Origin: Takakia lepidozioides
Taxonomy: Eukaryota; Plantae; Bryophyta
Length of the DNA: 64,000 bases
Reading direction: 5' to 3'
NCBI GenBank assembly: GCA_030704615.1
Contig: CM060732.1
Location: forward strand, 1,612,001-1,676,000
Every line of letters begins with the position of its first letter. The stretch's first letter is position 1. Positions 49,742 to 62,500 of the stretch are shown piece after piece. Below the pieces are notes generated by a model that worked only from the letters and a program-made list of their open reading frames with translations, was not told the DNA's origin and searched no databases. The position numbers and the translations under genes were made by a program.

Positions 49742-51356
49742 CTATTGTGGTAGAGGGTTGGGTGGTTCAGTGGTATACTCATCCGGGAAGGGTGCTCGCT
49801 GCCCTTCCAAATTCCTCTCTACTTGTTGAATGGTGGCCAACGTAGGCTGGTCCACTTGTCTATGAGGACATTTGTCCAAGGGGTGACCTCGTTGGCCACA
49901 GTGCAAACACACAATGTCACTCCAACAATTTTCAGTTGGGTGAGTGGTTCTTCCGCACTTTTGACATCCTCTACGGGGTTGATTGAATTGCCTTTTTGGT
50001 TTATCTTGATAAGTTGGGTTCCGGCTTACCTGCCTTTCCCGAATGGGATAAGGACAGTGTTGAGACGCATGTCCCGAGTTGTTGCAATTGGAACACCATA
50101 CCTTGGCCGGGTTGGGGCCAGACTCTCCAACTGGGGCCGCATCTCGGTACCCCACATAGCTGGTAATCTGCTGACCGATTGAGCTTATGCGGTCGCCCAT
50201 TGTTTCAATGGTCTTGATGAGAGAAGTGACTTGTGCCTCTAGATGGCCCACTCGCAAATTGGATTGCCCGCTTGAATATGCCTGTGAGTTGGTAGGAACA
50301 ACATTCGTGTATTTGCGGCACCGTTGGCGCTACTACGGGTGTCGGGGACGCTGCTAGGGCGTAGGGTCTCACTCCTCCTACATAAGATGGCGTGTAATGC
50401 AACGCGGGCTGGATTACTGCTAATGGTGCCGGTTCCTGCGCGGGCTCGATTGAAATGTACGATGGTAGAGCAAAGTTGGGCATCTTAGCTCGTTGTACTT
50501 GGCGATGCATGTTGTCGAATTCCTTGCCCACTTGTATGGCATCAACCAATGTTGCAGGTCTTTGCTGCAAAACATGAAAGTGAGTGGCCTCTTGTAATCC
50601 ACTCAAAAAACAATCTTTGAGTACCCCATCATCTAAGGGGGTCAAAGGGTTTTGGAGTCGCATTAGTTCCCTAAATCGCATTTCAAAGTCTGCTACCTCC
50701 TCTGTGGGGCCTTGGCGAATCCTTGCCAGTGCCATCAAGACACTGGTGAACTGGTGGACTGCCCGAAAATGATCTAGAAATGCGTCCCGAATCTGCTGCC
50801 AAGTAATAAATATACCTGGAGCCTGTTGCCAATACCAAGTAGATGCTCTTCCCCTCTTGGTTGTGGGAAACCATATCAGCCAATAGGCATCATTTAGTGC
50901 TTGGTTAGAGTAGCAACATTGAATGAAGCTTTTCACATGATATTCTGGATTTTCATGTGCTTCCTCGGAGAACCAAGGCAGATGCCTGGGCAATGTGAGC
51001 GGGGGTAAACCTGCTGGAACCACAATGGGTACCTCAGAAGGTCCTGGAATATGTGCCGTGATTGACACTGATGACAGCGAAGGACTCCTTGACCTGGCCG
51101 GTGGGGTATAAGGGGGACTAGATATAGGGGAAACCACTCGTGAACACTCGATGTCCAAAGAACTTTCAGTGTTCTCTCCTTCCCACTCTATCTTTCCCAA
51201 ACTTCTAGTTTTTGAGTCTGACTCTGGACTCAAGTCTGGGTTTTTCCCTAGCAAATGATCACGGACGGCTTCTCTAGCCAGTCTTCTCTGTAACCTGGTA
51301 TCAAACGATATGCTATCCAGGCTTGGGAGTGTGTCTCTCGATCCTAAGCTAGACAT
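49742..51356 (-). pseudogene. gag: Gag (capsid plus three CCHC knuckles), frameshifted at ~50230
   Basis: ENPEYHV, FPTTKRGRASTWY, TWQQIRDAFLDHF; CSNCNNSGHASQHC, CQKCGRTTHPTENC, CLHCGQRGHPLDKC. Confidence 0.9.
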
Positions 51357-51360
51357 ACAC

Positions 51361-51915
51361 TCAATGTTGTACCGACGAGGATTCTCCTGTCTCAGTCTGT
51401 ACTGAAGGACCTATATTTCCTTGAACTACCATGTCAAGAGTAAACGAGGTCAAATCTGCATACCTTCCATGAAACCGTGGTGATGGAGGCACGTCAGTGT
51501 GCAATCGATGGTGCATTAAGGGATAACCAACCGGCCAAGGTCCTTCACAATGCGAGCACTCGGATCGGAGTATCAGATGCTGGCTTGCAAAGAACTGGCA
51601 AGACTCACAATGAGTAAAGAAATCAACTTGCCACCTTAAGTGGGCTAGGAGGGATGATCTCGGGTGTAGTGCTCCCAAGTAAATACCTGGGCAGGGACAA
51701 CCCGGAAACACAAATCTGTCTGGGCACCAATAAAAGTTTTGAGTGGTGCCATCTGGAAGAATTCGGGTATTCCAAACTCTCTCGTCAATCCAACGTTTCT
51801 TATGCATTTTCTTCTCTCCCAGATACCGGATATATTCTTTGATCCTCTCCCGGGTAGATAAGGGTTTGTGGAAAAACCGATGTCGAATGCGCTTCACTTT
51901 TTCGTTAAAGGACAT
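51361..51915 (-). CDS. Extra ORF immediately upstream of gag, Cys/His-rich, unknown function
   Basis: ATG-initiated 184 aa; CESC...CSHC; stop 4 nt before the gag ATG. Confidence 0.55.
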   Translation of the reverse strand: MSFNEKVKRIRHRFFHKPLSTRERIKEYIRYLGEKKMHKKRWIDERVWNTRILPDGTTQNFYWCPDRFVFPGCPCPGIYLGALHPRSSLLAHLRWQVDFFTHCESCQFFASQHLILRSECSHCEGPWPVGYPLMHHRLHTDVPPSPRFHGRYADLTSFTLDMVVQGNIGPSVQTETGESSSVQH

Positions 51916-52104
51916 GCCAGCTTTTTAATTGTGCTTAACAATTCCACACTTGTTTGCACACTGCGTTAATCAAGGAATGATGAGATGAACATAATGTAGC
52001 CTGGCTGGTTTAATACAACAGGGCATAACCGCCTCTCACTACTGCATCCCACCCAAAATGGAGACTCAGGACCTCTCACGCTAGAAGTTCCTGAAATCTC
52101 CACA

Positions 52105-53058
52105 CTAATCACTCAAATCTGGGCGACTACTGGAGGCGGGCTCATCCCCGTCCTCCTCTGAGGAAGTGTACTCAGTAGGTCCACTCGGGGCACTCTCTAC
52201 TGAAGAAGCCGCATGTACCACGCGATGTGGTAACCAAGGCAGATATGCCCGAGGAGTCCTCAGGCCAAAAGGAAAGGCTGCTGGCTGGGCTGGGTCCAAC
52301 GGAATCAACCTACGAACTGTAGCAGGTGGTGCAAAGAAAGAACTCTCTGCTGGCCGGTCTCTAACTGTGTGTAGCAATGACAATGAACCAGACGTAATCA
52401 ACTCACGGATAAGGGACGCTGGTGTGGTCCCTCGGTGATAATATCGGGGCGGCAGGAAGGGTCAACACGACCTCCTCGGATGTGGGAGACTCTCGCCCTT
52501 GATCCCGCTCTCTCCTAGTCCTACCCCAATCAGCCAATCCACAAAGGCGGGGCGATGGCCGCAAAGAGCACGTCCTACGCACTCTCTCAAAGGGGCCGAT
52601 CGTCGAATTGTCCTGTTGTGCGTATACAGCAGGGTGTCGGTGACGGTGCGGCACAGCGCACAACAGGCCAAATAAGACACCTGCCAAGCAAGATGGACCT
52701 CAAGGTCCGAGTCAAAATGAATATAAGCGAGGAAAGGTGGATGGCAACAACCCGGCCAACGGGTGTTGAATCGGAAGAATGTGGAGATGGGAGCCGTCCG
52801 GGCTCCAAGGCCTCGGGGTCCCACTCGGGCAGAGATCCAATACTCTCGATACTCCTCTGCAATGGTCAAGATGCGTCGTCGCATCAATCTGCAAATTATT
52901 GTGGCCTCTGGGCCAGGCACGTCTCCAGTCCTGGTGCCGGAGATAATGCGATAGAGTCCGATCACGCGGTACTCAAAGAAATGCTCCCGGCGGGGAGCCC
53001 CAGACGATGTAGCCATACTGCAACTCAAGGAGATCCATGAGGTTAGCTCAATGCACAC
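52105..53058 (-). CDS. First extra ORF after the PBS, probably frameshifted, unknown function
   Basis: 198-aa ORF (52462-53058) with CCALC...C...C.H, plus 52105-52401 with an acidic tail. Confidence 0.4.
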
Positions 53059-53236
53059 TTAAGTGTGATAAATCTGTTTACATGTACAGAAAATAGTCAA
53101 TCAGCCTCCTTGGGCGTGAGACACGAATAGAAGATGCACAACATCAAACAGAGTGCAATAGTAAGATCAAGGTAAAGAATAATGGTCAGTAAATCCTCAT
53201 TCATCCTGACCACGGAGAAACCTGACTTTCATTTGG

Positions 53237-53254
53237 CTACCGGCAGACGCACCA
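53237..53254 (-). promoter_or_regulatory. Primer binding site, tRNA-Gly(UCC)
   Basis: TGGTGCGTCTGCCGGTAG, 5 nt from the LTR end; 17/18 complementary to the plant tRNA-Gly(UCC) 3' end as I recall it (CUCCCGGCAGACGCACCA). Confidence 0.8.
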
Positions 53255-53259
53255 AAATA

Positions 53260-54262
53260 TGATGAGCCTTGGTCGCGCGCGGCCAGGGTGACGGCATACT
53301 AGCCTAGGGGGTCGTGGCAAGTTGCGGTGTAGGTTGGGCTCAACGAACCGCCTACCCGGTTGCGGTAAGTGCAGGGGTCCGTGGCAGCTATGGACGGATC
53401 TAGATAGTCTAACTTCCTACCGGCAAAGCAAAGCTTAACAACTCTACTTCACAGGGCGATTTGCGTTTCCTAGTCCTACGTTCTGTTTATGGGTTTTCTA
53501 CATCTTTAATCGTAATTGCCTTCCAAGTCTTTGTTTATTACTACTTCCTACATGCCTGGACTCCCAACACGCTTATAGCCGGGACGAACCTTCAAATCCC
53601 TTCACAAAACGAATCCCGAGCCCAGGGAGACGGGGATCATCTATCTCCCGCCCACTGCCCCCCCCTAAATCCTGAGGTGGATGAGTGTCCTATCTCCTAG
53701 GAAGGGACCGGATCCGCTTTCCCAAGTCAGTCTTTCCTGCTTAGAGCGATCCCAAAATGCAACCTCAATGGTCAGTCCATCGGATGAATGATAACAATCA
53801 AACCTCTAGGTAATTCTCGAGATCGAATAACAATGGCCGTTCCTTGGCCCAAGGCCCTCCCAGCGGCCGGGTACCTGACTTCAAATATCCTCGGCGGCAG
53901 GGGGCGATACCGCCCTCAAAACTTGCGTTTCGAAGTTAAGGGGGTCCGGATAAAATCCCTTAATAAAGGCGAATTACCCTGCTGAACAATAAAGACAAAT
54001 CATTAAAATATTCCTACAAATACATGAAATTCGTAGAAATAAAGAATCATCGTAGGATGCTGGAGCTAACTAAATTACCCTCAAGGTACCAGGGGAACGC
54101 CCTGGGAACGCCCCTTTATGCCGAGAGCATTGGGGAACCGCTCTCCACTTGGGAGCGCCCCTAAATTCCTACACCAAACCACTCAAGAACTCATTAGCAA
54201 CTTAAACCATCACCGGGCCAGGATGAATGAAATCTGCCACCCGTCAGTTTCTCATCTGCTCG
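53260..54262 (-). repeat. 5' LTR-B, distal half lost
   Basis: Matches 2070-3070; ends ...GGCTCATCA next to the PBS. Confidence 0.9.
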
Positions 54263-54555
54263 GCAGTTGATAATACTGAGATGAGTTGATGCAGGATAGG
54301 GGGAGGGCTTGCTGGTGTATGTTGTCCGATAGGCCCCATGCACAGAGTCAAAGCTGGAAGTCAGCCTTGCAAGGACCCAAGTGAGAGAAGTCTGGTGGGG
54401 GTAGCATCTTGGGGGATGGCAGTTAGGGCAATATATGTCATAGCAGCGGGTGATGTGCTGCCAATTTTGAGGATAGAGACAGCCTGTAAGCTGTAGATTT
54501 GTATAAGTGGTTTCTTCTGACACATATTGCTCCCAGTTTGCCACAACCAGTTGTT

Positions 54556-54667
54556 TGCGTTTGTAGTGCATATGCGAGCCTGCTGGGGAAGGGCAAAGAG
54601 GTCCATGGTTGCATCGTCAAAGCTGGAATTGTGGCAGATGTCATTCTGAACAATACCCTTGTGGACA
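54556..54667 (+). pseudogene. PLS-class PPR gene fragment
   Basis: SAYASLLGKGKEVHGCIVKAGIVADVILNNTLVD. Confidence 0.75.
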
Positions 54668-54880
54668 GGGAGTGTTCAACAATATGGTTGAGTGAAGGAT
54701 AGAGTGTAATGACTGCTAATGAAGGCACCTTCTTCAATTTCTTATCAGAATCGCCCCTAATTATTCATGTCTGAATTCTGCAAGTTAGCTGGTTGAGTGA
54801 AGCTTTGATAGTTTGGAGTGACTTTGACATGATTCTGCCAATGTGACAACAGGAAAGTATCAGAAATAGGTAACACAGAC

Positions 54881-55783
54881 GAGGAGAAGTTGTGGAATGA
54901 ATATTTTTCTGACCCCAGTCAATGGTGGGACAATCGAGGCAAGAAGGTGAATATTTGTTGGATTATAGAGAGTAGCAGATGCAATTGAGCGTAGGAACTA
55001 GTGTGATAAGTTGAGTTGGGTGCTTCCTAGAACAAGTCTAGGCTGTCATCGTCAACTGCTAGCAACAAGGCCAGGTTGTATGCATGATTCGTGTGAGGCA
55101 TGGATAGTTGAAGGAGCAAGGATAGAGTGTGGGTGCAGATTCACCCAAGAGGGCCAGACTTCAAGCTCCAGATTAACTATGAAGCTACAAGAAACCTGCA
55201 TGGGTAGATGGTCAACTGGCAACAACGGCACAATTCATAAAATCAGACATTGTTAATGAAGGCATCTTCTTCAACACATTTCACCCTGTTTTTCCCTCTT
55301 ATTAGAATCGGTCCAAAATTTCCATGTTGAATTATGCAAGTTAACTGGTTGAGTGAATCTAGTTTGGAGTGACTTTGACATGATACTGCTATGTGACAAC
55401 AGGAAAGTATCAAAAAACAAGTAACAGACATGAGGAGAAGCTGTGGAATGAATACTTTTCTGCCCCCAGTCAATGATGGGACAACCGAGGCAAAAAGGTG
55501 AATGCCTGCTACATTTCAGAGAGTAGCAGACGCAATTGAGCATAGGAACTAGTGTGATAAGCTGAGTTGGGTGTTTCCTAGAACAAATGTAGGTTGTCAT
55601 TGTCAGCTACTAGCAGCAAGGCAAGGATGAATGCATGATTTGTGCAGGGGCATGGATAGCTGAAGAAGCAGGGATAGAGTGTGGTCCAGATTCATCCTAG
55701 AGGGCCAAATTTCAAGCACAAGATTTACCTATGATTCCCTGTGGATCAATAACTACAAGAAACCTCCATGGGTAGATGGTCTA
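54881..55783 (+). pseudogene. Two tandem intron-split OSB-type PDF motifs
   Basis: EEKLWNEYFSDPSQWWDNRGKK / GT-AG intron 54947-55138 / IHPRGPDFK; second unit has intron 55498-55689 then IHPRGPNFKHK..DSLWINNYKKPPWV. Confidence 0.8.
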
Positions 55784-56229
55784 TTCCGTGGAACTCACTG
55801 AAGTCTTGCATTATGAGGATCAGAACTGCTTGACTTGCACGAGGCCTTGACCCTTAGGCAATCCCCAGAGCAGTAGTAGCTTTTGGGCTGCTTTTTTACT
55901 TTGTGTTTTTCATTTTGTCCCATAAGCTCTTTGAGCTTTCCGCAGATGTAATAAAGTACCATTTTGTTTCATTTCATTCATTTTCATTTCATTTTGTTTC
56001 ATGGCATGTCTTTCATCGTTTGTGCATTTCTAATGCATGATTAGTTCTCTTGTATGGCATTACTAGTCGACTCACTACAAATACCAAAACTCCAAAGCAT
56101 GAATCACTATGAATGATTGTTCAAGTAATTTCGAGCACTTCATGTAAAGTAGTAAAGCAGTGGTTGCGCCAACTTCCGCAGTCGCAATTGCCAGTGGGCA
56201 TGTAGCACTGCAAGTTATGTGGTCTACTA

Positions 56230-56609
56230 CCACGTGGCAGCAGTGGTGCTCGTCGTGGCGCCGCCACGTCGGCATCCACATCGTCGTCCACGTCCGCGTC
56301 CATGTGTCACCACGCTTCAGTGAGTCGGTCCACTCATCCGGAGGGAAAAGTCAAAGTCAGCCCAAAAAGTCAGACACACGGGCGGCCCGCCTGGTTACGC
56401 CACGTGGTTCTTCAGCATTAATTGCATTAATCGCTGAGCAGTTGTTCGCGCGTCTGCGTCCTTTACCACTCCAATCATTGGATGTCCAACCCAACTACCA
56501 CGACTGTTGTAACTAGTCTGTTGTAACTTCCAGTCGATCCCAGTTTTTTGACTTTACGACTCAAAATGAGTTGTTACCCCAGTGGTAAATGACACGAATG
56601 CTTCTAGTG
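56230..56609 (+). mobile_element. CACTA terminus (same end type as 18255, opposite orientation)
   Basis: Reverse complement of 18255-18640; ends GCTTCTAGTG. Confidence 0.85.
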
Positions 56610-56873
56610 CATGAGAGAAACTGTGGAATGAATGCATGACTGATTGGAACTTGGTAGATACTGAAGCAGTATGATGCTTCAGTATACACAGTAAGGTAAT
56701 TGATAACATGAAGGCAAGAAGGAATACAAATAGGAAGCACAACCATGATTCACTAGCTGTAGGTCATGACTGATTGTTCTGAGCGGGCTGAGTGCTTAGA
56801 GATATCCAACTCTTCTATCTTGGAGTTTCCACCTCGGATAGCGAAGGGATGGGTGAGTAAAAGCCGCTCGACA
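56610..56873 (+). repeat. Diverged fragment of an LTR-C-like end
   Basis: Reverse-complement homolog of 58641-58900; ends ...GCTCGACA. Confidence 0.75.
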
Positions 56874-58640
56874 GTGCGCTTGGCCCCGTTGAGAACAAGA
56901 TTCATGAACAAAACAGTCCAACACTAATGATTAAGAGCTTCACAGTATTCTACAATGTTGCTACTGATTCAATCACAGAATCTAATAAGCATATAAGCAT
57001 GGAATGCCAAACAATGAAGGTAGTGGAAAACATTGCACTGTTCGTGCCTCTTTTATCTGTCATAACTTTTGCTTGCATATGCGGTAGGCAGTTTAACCCA
57101 ATGCTTCAATTACGTCTAATTCCCCAGGTAGCCCACTTGGCAAGGCATGCCCCATCCACATCCAGGTGGTCTGGCTAATATGCCAAGATTCATGACTTCT
57201 TGTGGTTCTATAATCCTATTTTGGAGCATGACTCCATACCTAACACTCCAGTCAAGCACAAAGTATTCAGATCAACTGGAATGTATGCTTCAAACTCAAT
57301 TCAATCATGTGTTTGAGCTCAAGCCAGAACCTAGCACTACACTTAAACATGAGTCTTCACTACTAAAATCTACACTTCAAACTCAATTCGACCCTGTCTT
57401 TGAGATCAACGAAGAGCCTGACCCCAAATGTGAACATGACTTTTCTTCTCAAGCAAAATCTATGCTTCAAAATCAACTCAACCCTGTTTCCGAAATCGAA
57501 CGAATCCGCATTGATCAGGGTCAAAACTAGGGCTGGATTGAGTTTGAAGCTTTAATCCCATTGAGCTGAGGAGTTCTGTTCAAGTGCAGCTTAAGCTCCA
57601 CCTCAGTCTGCTGTCCATCAGGAGGTTCTGCTTCAACCAAACTTTGGGCTAGGATGTTTATCTCATCTCACCTCTGGATTTGGTGCCAATCTTGAGCCTG
57701 CATACAACCCTGACATTGAGCAGCCCATAGACAAATGTGATCTTGAACTTGGAGAACCTAATATAGCAGCAGAACACTTCTCTGAAGGTATAAGGGAGTC
57801 TGACCGACATTTTTTGGTGACCCTAAAAACTGATTATGCTCCTAACATTTGAACCACTGTCAGCTCAAATGTGCACATCACAGCTGGGTACTTGAACACA
57901 AATTTGATATGCTAAGCAAATGTGTTATAAGTGACAGATAAAAAAAAAACAAAGGCTTCTGACAGTGCCCAGGAACCAACAGAACCATCCTTCTATTTTC
58001 AAAACTGGTGGGTATGCATTCACATCCACGAGAAAAGAAATCTATGTGCAGGGGAAGAGCCAGAGAGAGTTGATACTCAAGCGTAGCATATACTAGGAGC
58101 ATTTGGTGAGGGCCCTTGAGCAATACCACACCAGATCTCATCCATTTTCTTTGTCTCTCTGTGAACTCTTCAAAGGCTCCAAACTATCCCTCAACAACAG
58201 AAAAAGCTAGGGCAGAGAGAGAAGCCTGTGGCTGAGTGCAAATGAGAGACAGGGCACACTACGTTTGAGTCTTTCGATCAGCTTTCCACAGGTCACATGT
58301 AAGACACAGCTCTGCTGTCCCTGGGCTCAAATGCTCGAATGGGGGAGGCATAATTGAGGCTTCAAATCCTTCTAAGCTTGAATCAAATTGGGATCCATGA
58401 AAAAAATGAAAGATTGTAGAAAGGTACAAAAAACTTACATGACTATTTATTTGTGAGTGTGCCGAGTCTTCACTCCAGAAGACCTTGTGTTCTTTGCTGC
58501 GGACACTCTTTCACCTACTGGCACAATATGCTTTCTAGGTTTTTTCTTGGGAGACTGTCCACCATGAAGTCCATTTGCAGCATGTTTGTCACCGTTTTTG
58601 AACTGAGGAGGTGGGGAGACAACATCGTCCTGAGTAGTAG

Positions 58641-59524
58641 TGTCGCGCGGCTTTTACTCACCCATCCCTTCGCTATTCGAGGCGGAAACTCCAAGATAGA
58701 AGAGTTGGAAATCTCTAAGTACTCAGCCCGCGCAGAACAATCAGTCATGACCTACAGCTAGTGTATCATGGGGGTGTTTCCTATTTGTTTCCCTTTTGGT
58801 ATTCATGTTAGCTATCTTACCATTGATAATTAAATATCAGTTTGCTTTATCAATCTATTGGATTCCATCAGCTCATCCATTCATTTCACAGCTTCACTCA
58901 GATCTCTCTACACAGTGTGATTGTATCGTAAAAGTATCCGATATCAGGTATCAGGCCGAAGCCATTGTGTCTCTAATCTGCTCTACAATATCATTACAGC
59001 CTTGCCTATATCAAGCATCTACTCATCATCTCTCTATCTTCACTTCCGTTCCTCATCTCTGCCCGATCCCCTCTCCTCTATCACCAAGAAGTCCTCCTCC
59101 GAATGGTGTCCCTTCCTTCCCCGTTTCTCCCTTTATCTTCCTATCCGCGGTTCTAACCGTTTCCCTCACTAACCGTGTCTGTGAACTAACATGTTCCCTT
59201 CGCAGGTGTTGTTTCCCACAGTCGTTCCCTGTCCTACTCTTTGTTCCCTATGATCGTGACAACTGTGTCAAGCTGTGACTGGCTGTGTGAAACTGTGACG
59301 GGCTGTGACTGGCTGTGCGACTGTGTTTGGCTGTGTCGGGCTGTGACTGGCTGTGTTGGCTGTGTTGGCTGTGACGACTGTGACGGCTGTGACGGGATGT
59401 GTAACCCCCCTCTACAGTACGCTGCTGTCACCCCTAAGGCTCCTGTTGGTCTCAGTCTGTGCAAAAATTAAGGGTACCCTACAGATCCCATATAAGTGTC
59501 TAAGTCCCCGACAGTCCTCTAACA
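58641..59524 (-). repeat. 3' LTR of family C (884 bp)
   Basis: Minus strand TGTTAGAGG...GCGCGACA, preceded by a PPT; internal GGCTGTGA repeats at 59270-59395. Confidence 0.85.
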
Positions 59525-59541
59525 TTACCCCTTCCCCCCTC
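59525..59541 (-). promoter_or_regulatory. Polypurine tract
   Basis: GAGGGGGGAAGGGGTAA immediately before the TG of LTR-C. Confidence 0.85.
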
Positions 59542-59562
59542 AAAAAGCCGTGTCCTCACGGT

Positions 59563-62500
59563 TTACTGATTTCTACTAGCAAACCTTTGTGAGTGAGCAC
59601 CTTCTTGACGTTGAGAGTTTCGTGGCGGACTGTGTGTACGAGCCCGAGGTCTGTGTCTGGTTGACGGAGATGGTTGATCACTACCTGGATAAGTGAGCCC
59701 TTCTGGAGGCTGATATCGAGGTAACCTTTCCGGCATAGGAGACCCCCGTCGCTTCTTCTCTGCCATCTGAATTGCATAGTCTTCTCCCATGTCAAAAGAA
59801 TTCGGTGAAGAAACAGTTGTATCAGAATCCTCATCGCCTCTCAGGTGTTTTAATTTTCGAACTTTTTGTGTAATCATCTGGGGCATACAATGCTGTCCTA
59901 CCATGTCTAGAAGTTTGTATTTTACAACATGGTGTAACCGTTGAACAGCAAAATTGGTGTAGACACTGAGCTCCTTGTCTGTCCAGGTGAGTGGGGTACC
60001 AATTACTGGTGCAGCGTGCAAGTACTTCCATGCCACATGTCCCTTATAGAAAATGTCATCAATGCCGAATTTCTGTGTTGACAAATGGTTCCAGGCCGCT
60101 TGAAACCATGAACGAATTTGAGAATCCTTTTGCATCATAACTTTTGGGTCATATAGGTACATATGAGGTGGCACCGAAGGTAATACCCAATGATCTCCAC
60201 TGGAATAACTTTGAAAGCGTGTTTGCATCTTTTGTTGCTCAATGTGGTAACGTACCAGAAAACAAGCAGCGTAGTATAACCCGCACCCCATGACAATACT
60301 TGCTATCTCCTTGGTCTTGGTATAAATGAGTCCATGTACAACCTGGAAAGCAATCAATTCCCTCAACATGGTACCTGCCTCGTGCCAGTATTGTGCAAAG
60401 TGATGATCTTCAATATGTCGATTGTTCGGAAGAACTTTAGTCCTAGTTGCCACTGGCAGCCAAATACGCATGATTTGGTAGTAATGTGCGAATGACTGCG
60501 GAGGACTAAATTCTTTCCAAGCCAAATCCAACATGATGGGAATTTGGTTGAAGGGCATAATCATAGCCCTACTGTACTCCCTTGCAGCTGGAGTTTTAGG
60601 TGGGTTAAAAGCGGCATTGCCCCATACCTCCGGCTGTGGTGGCTGTGGTGTGGTTGTAGTAACCACAGGTTCAGCTACTGGTACAGTGACTTGTTGTGGT
60701 GGTGGTGGTACTGGCTCTTGTATCATTGGCATCTCCTGCACCTCCTGTGAAGACTGAAAAGCCAAAGTTCTGGCTTGTAAATAAGAAGCCATTAGCTGTT
60801 CCTGAGGGATATAGACTCTTTGGTCGATGTTTGAAGTGAGTTCTTCCACTTGAGTCTGGAGTCCGTCTACATCCTCTTGTAACTCTGCTATCCTACTATA
60901 GACATTGTCTATAGTAGTTGTGGCAATGTTCTGCACCTGCAGCCTGAGCTCATTCATCTCGCTTTGGGTGAGCTTCCATGGTGCTTTGCCCTCTACTGGC
61001 CCTTGTGCTAACCAGACCTGCATAAGGCTGTTATCCACCAAGTTGCTTGTGGTTCCCCTGAGAGTTTGCTCCTCTCTTAGCTTGTACAATTCCAACTGCT
61101 GTTGTAAAGCCTCCATGCGCTTCGCCTGAGGTTCAACCAATTGCATATAAGCAGCAAGTAGATTATTGGCTTCCTTCCAAGCCTTGTTATTGACCGCGAT
61201 TTCATTTCTATTGGCCATGATGGTTTGTTGCAACTCCACGATGTGCTTCTCTTGATCAGCTTCAATCTGCCTGTATTGCTTGAAAGTATCTTCATTGCGA
61301 CAGATTGTATTCTTCATATCGACAATGAGCTTCATTTGCTCAACATTCTCTTCTTCTGCCTTCGTACATTTTTCCGCTTGACTGTTTATTTCTTTTGTAG
61401 ATTGGTCAAGCATAGTTGTAAATGTAGCACATTGTATCTCCATCCTGTTATGCACTGTCTGCAACTCCGTATGTAGTGCATTCAGTTCTTGCAACTTGCT
61501 TTCATGCTGCACCTGCATTGGTATAGCTGTTGCTTATGTGCTTCGTGCAACTGGTCTTGCGCGAGGCCTGCCTCAATCAATTGTTGCTTGGCCAATTGCA
61601 AAGCCATTTCTGTATTTCCCAAGTCCTGCTTCATCTTGAGAGTGACCTCTTCATCGACCTTGTTTGCACACTCAGTGGCAAATCGAGCCTCAAACTCCTT
61701 CCTGAGTTCCTCTTTCAAGGCTGTCAATTGGGTAATTGGAACATGGGATTTGACATAAGTCCCCAACAAATTAAGTGTCCTGCCTATGGAACTCATCAGC
61801 ATTGCCTGTTGAGGGTCATCATGGTGAGGTTGCTGCTGTTCCTCCTGATCTTCAACAGTGTGATGTCTCACTAACCATTCAGGCCATTGTCCCACCGGAT
61901 TTTCTTCCTGAACTACTTCATCTATCACCGGTGCTACAGTGTCATGACCTTCCGCCTGTGGTACCTCCGGCACAGGTGTGTGTATTATATGCACCTCAGG
62001 ATTTCCCTTGGGCAACTGTTGCACCTCTGGGATTTCTGTCTCCTTGACCAGCCAGAATATTCATAGAGAAGGTCCCCTTCTCTATTTCTGCCACTATCTG
62101 TTCTGTAGTTGGAATATCTAACCCTTCACTTTCCAAATCAATTATTTCTGGTTGAGCTGCATGGATAACTTGTGACCTTGTGACAAGTCGTTCAGGTGGC
62201 TGTGATGGTTGTGATGCAGAAGTAACTTCCTCCTCCCTCTCCGAAGGTCCTGCTTCCAGTAATAGCATTTCTCTGTGCTGCTGTGCCCCTTCCTGGCCAT
62301 GAGCTTGGGAAACATTATCATGCGGAATCCGTGAAGCCAGTGGATCCGCCATTACAGTCTTTCCCCGTCTCTGCCTCTTAGTCTCGAGTTGCCCTGCTAG
62401 TCCACCCTCACTATGTGAAGAGCCTTGCTCTTCCATTGCAGTTGTTTCTGGCTCAAACACTCCCATTTCCTTTCTTTCTTGCGCATTAAGTATGCCAGAA

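Larger units (their letters stand above)
32877..54262 (-). mobile_element. Ty3/gypsy non-chromoviral LTR retrotransposon (family B); both LTRs truncated and integrase split by a 10.3-kb insertion
   Basis: Order LTR-PBS-extra ORFs-gag-PR-RT-RH-INT-3' region-LTR; no chromodomain or additional RNase H seen. Confidence 0.9.

Noticed and set aside
18255-56609. One 38-kb CACTA element bounded by these termini
   Set aside because: Both are the same end type and the flanking triplets TTC and CAT do not match
56073-56609. Small CACTA MITE starting CACTACAA at 56073
   Set aside because: Poor TIR match beyond 8 nt and no 3-bp TSD (ACT versus CAT)
56874-56896. Possible tRNA-Thr-like PBS (TGGCCCCGTTGAGA) after the LTR-C-like fragment
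   Set aside because: Too degenerate, and no gag follows
57147-57550. Repetitive 127-aa ORF with a short terminal inverted repeat
   Set aside because: No recognisable domain; probably degenerate retroelement interior
59241-59471. Metallothionein-like Cys-rich ORF
   Set aside because: Translation of the GGCTGTGA repeat inside LTR-C
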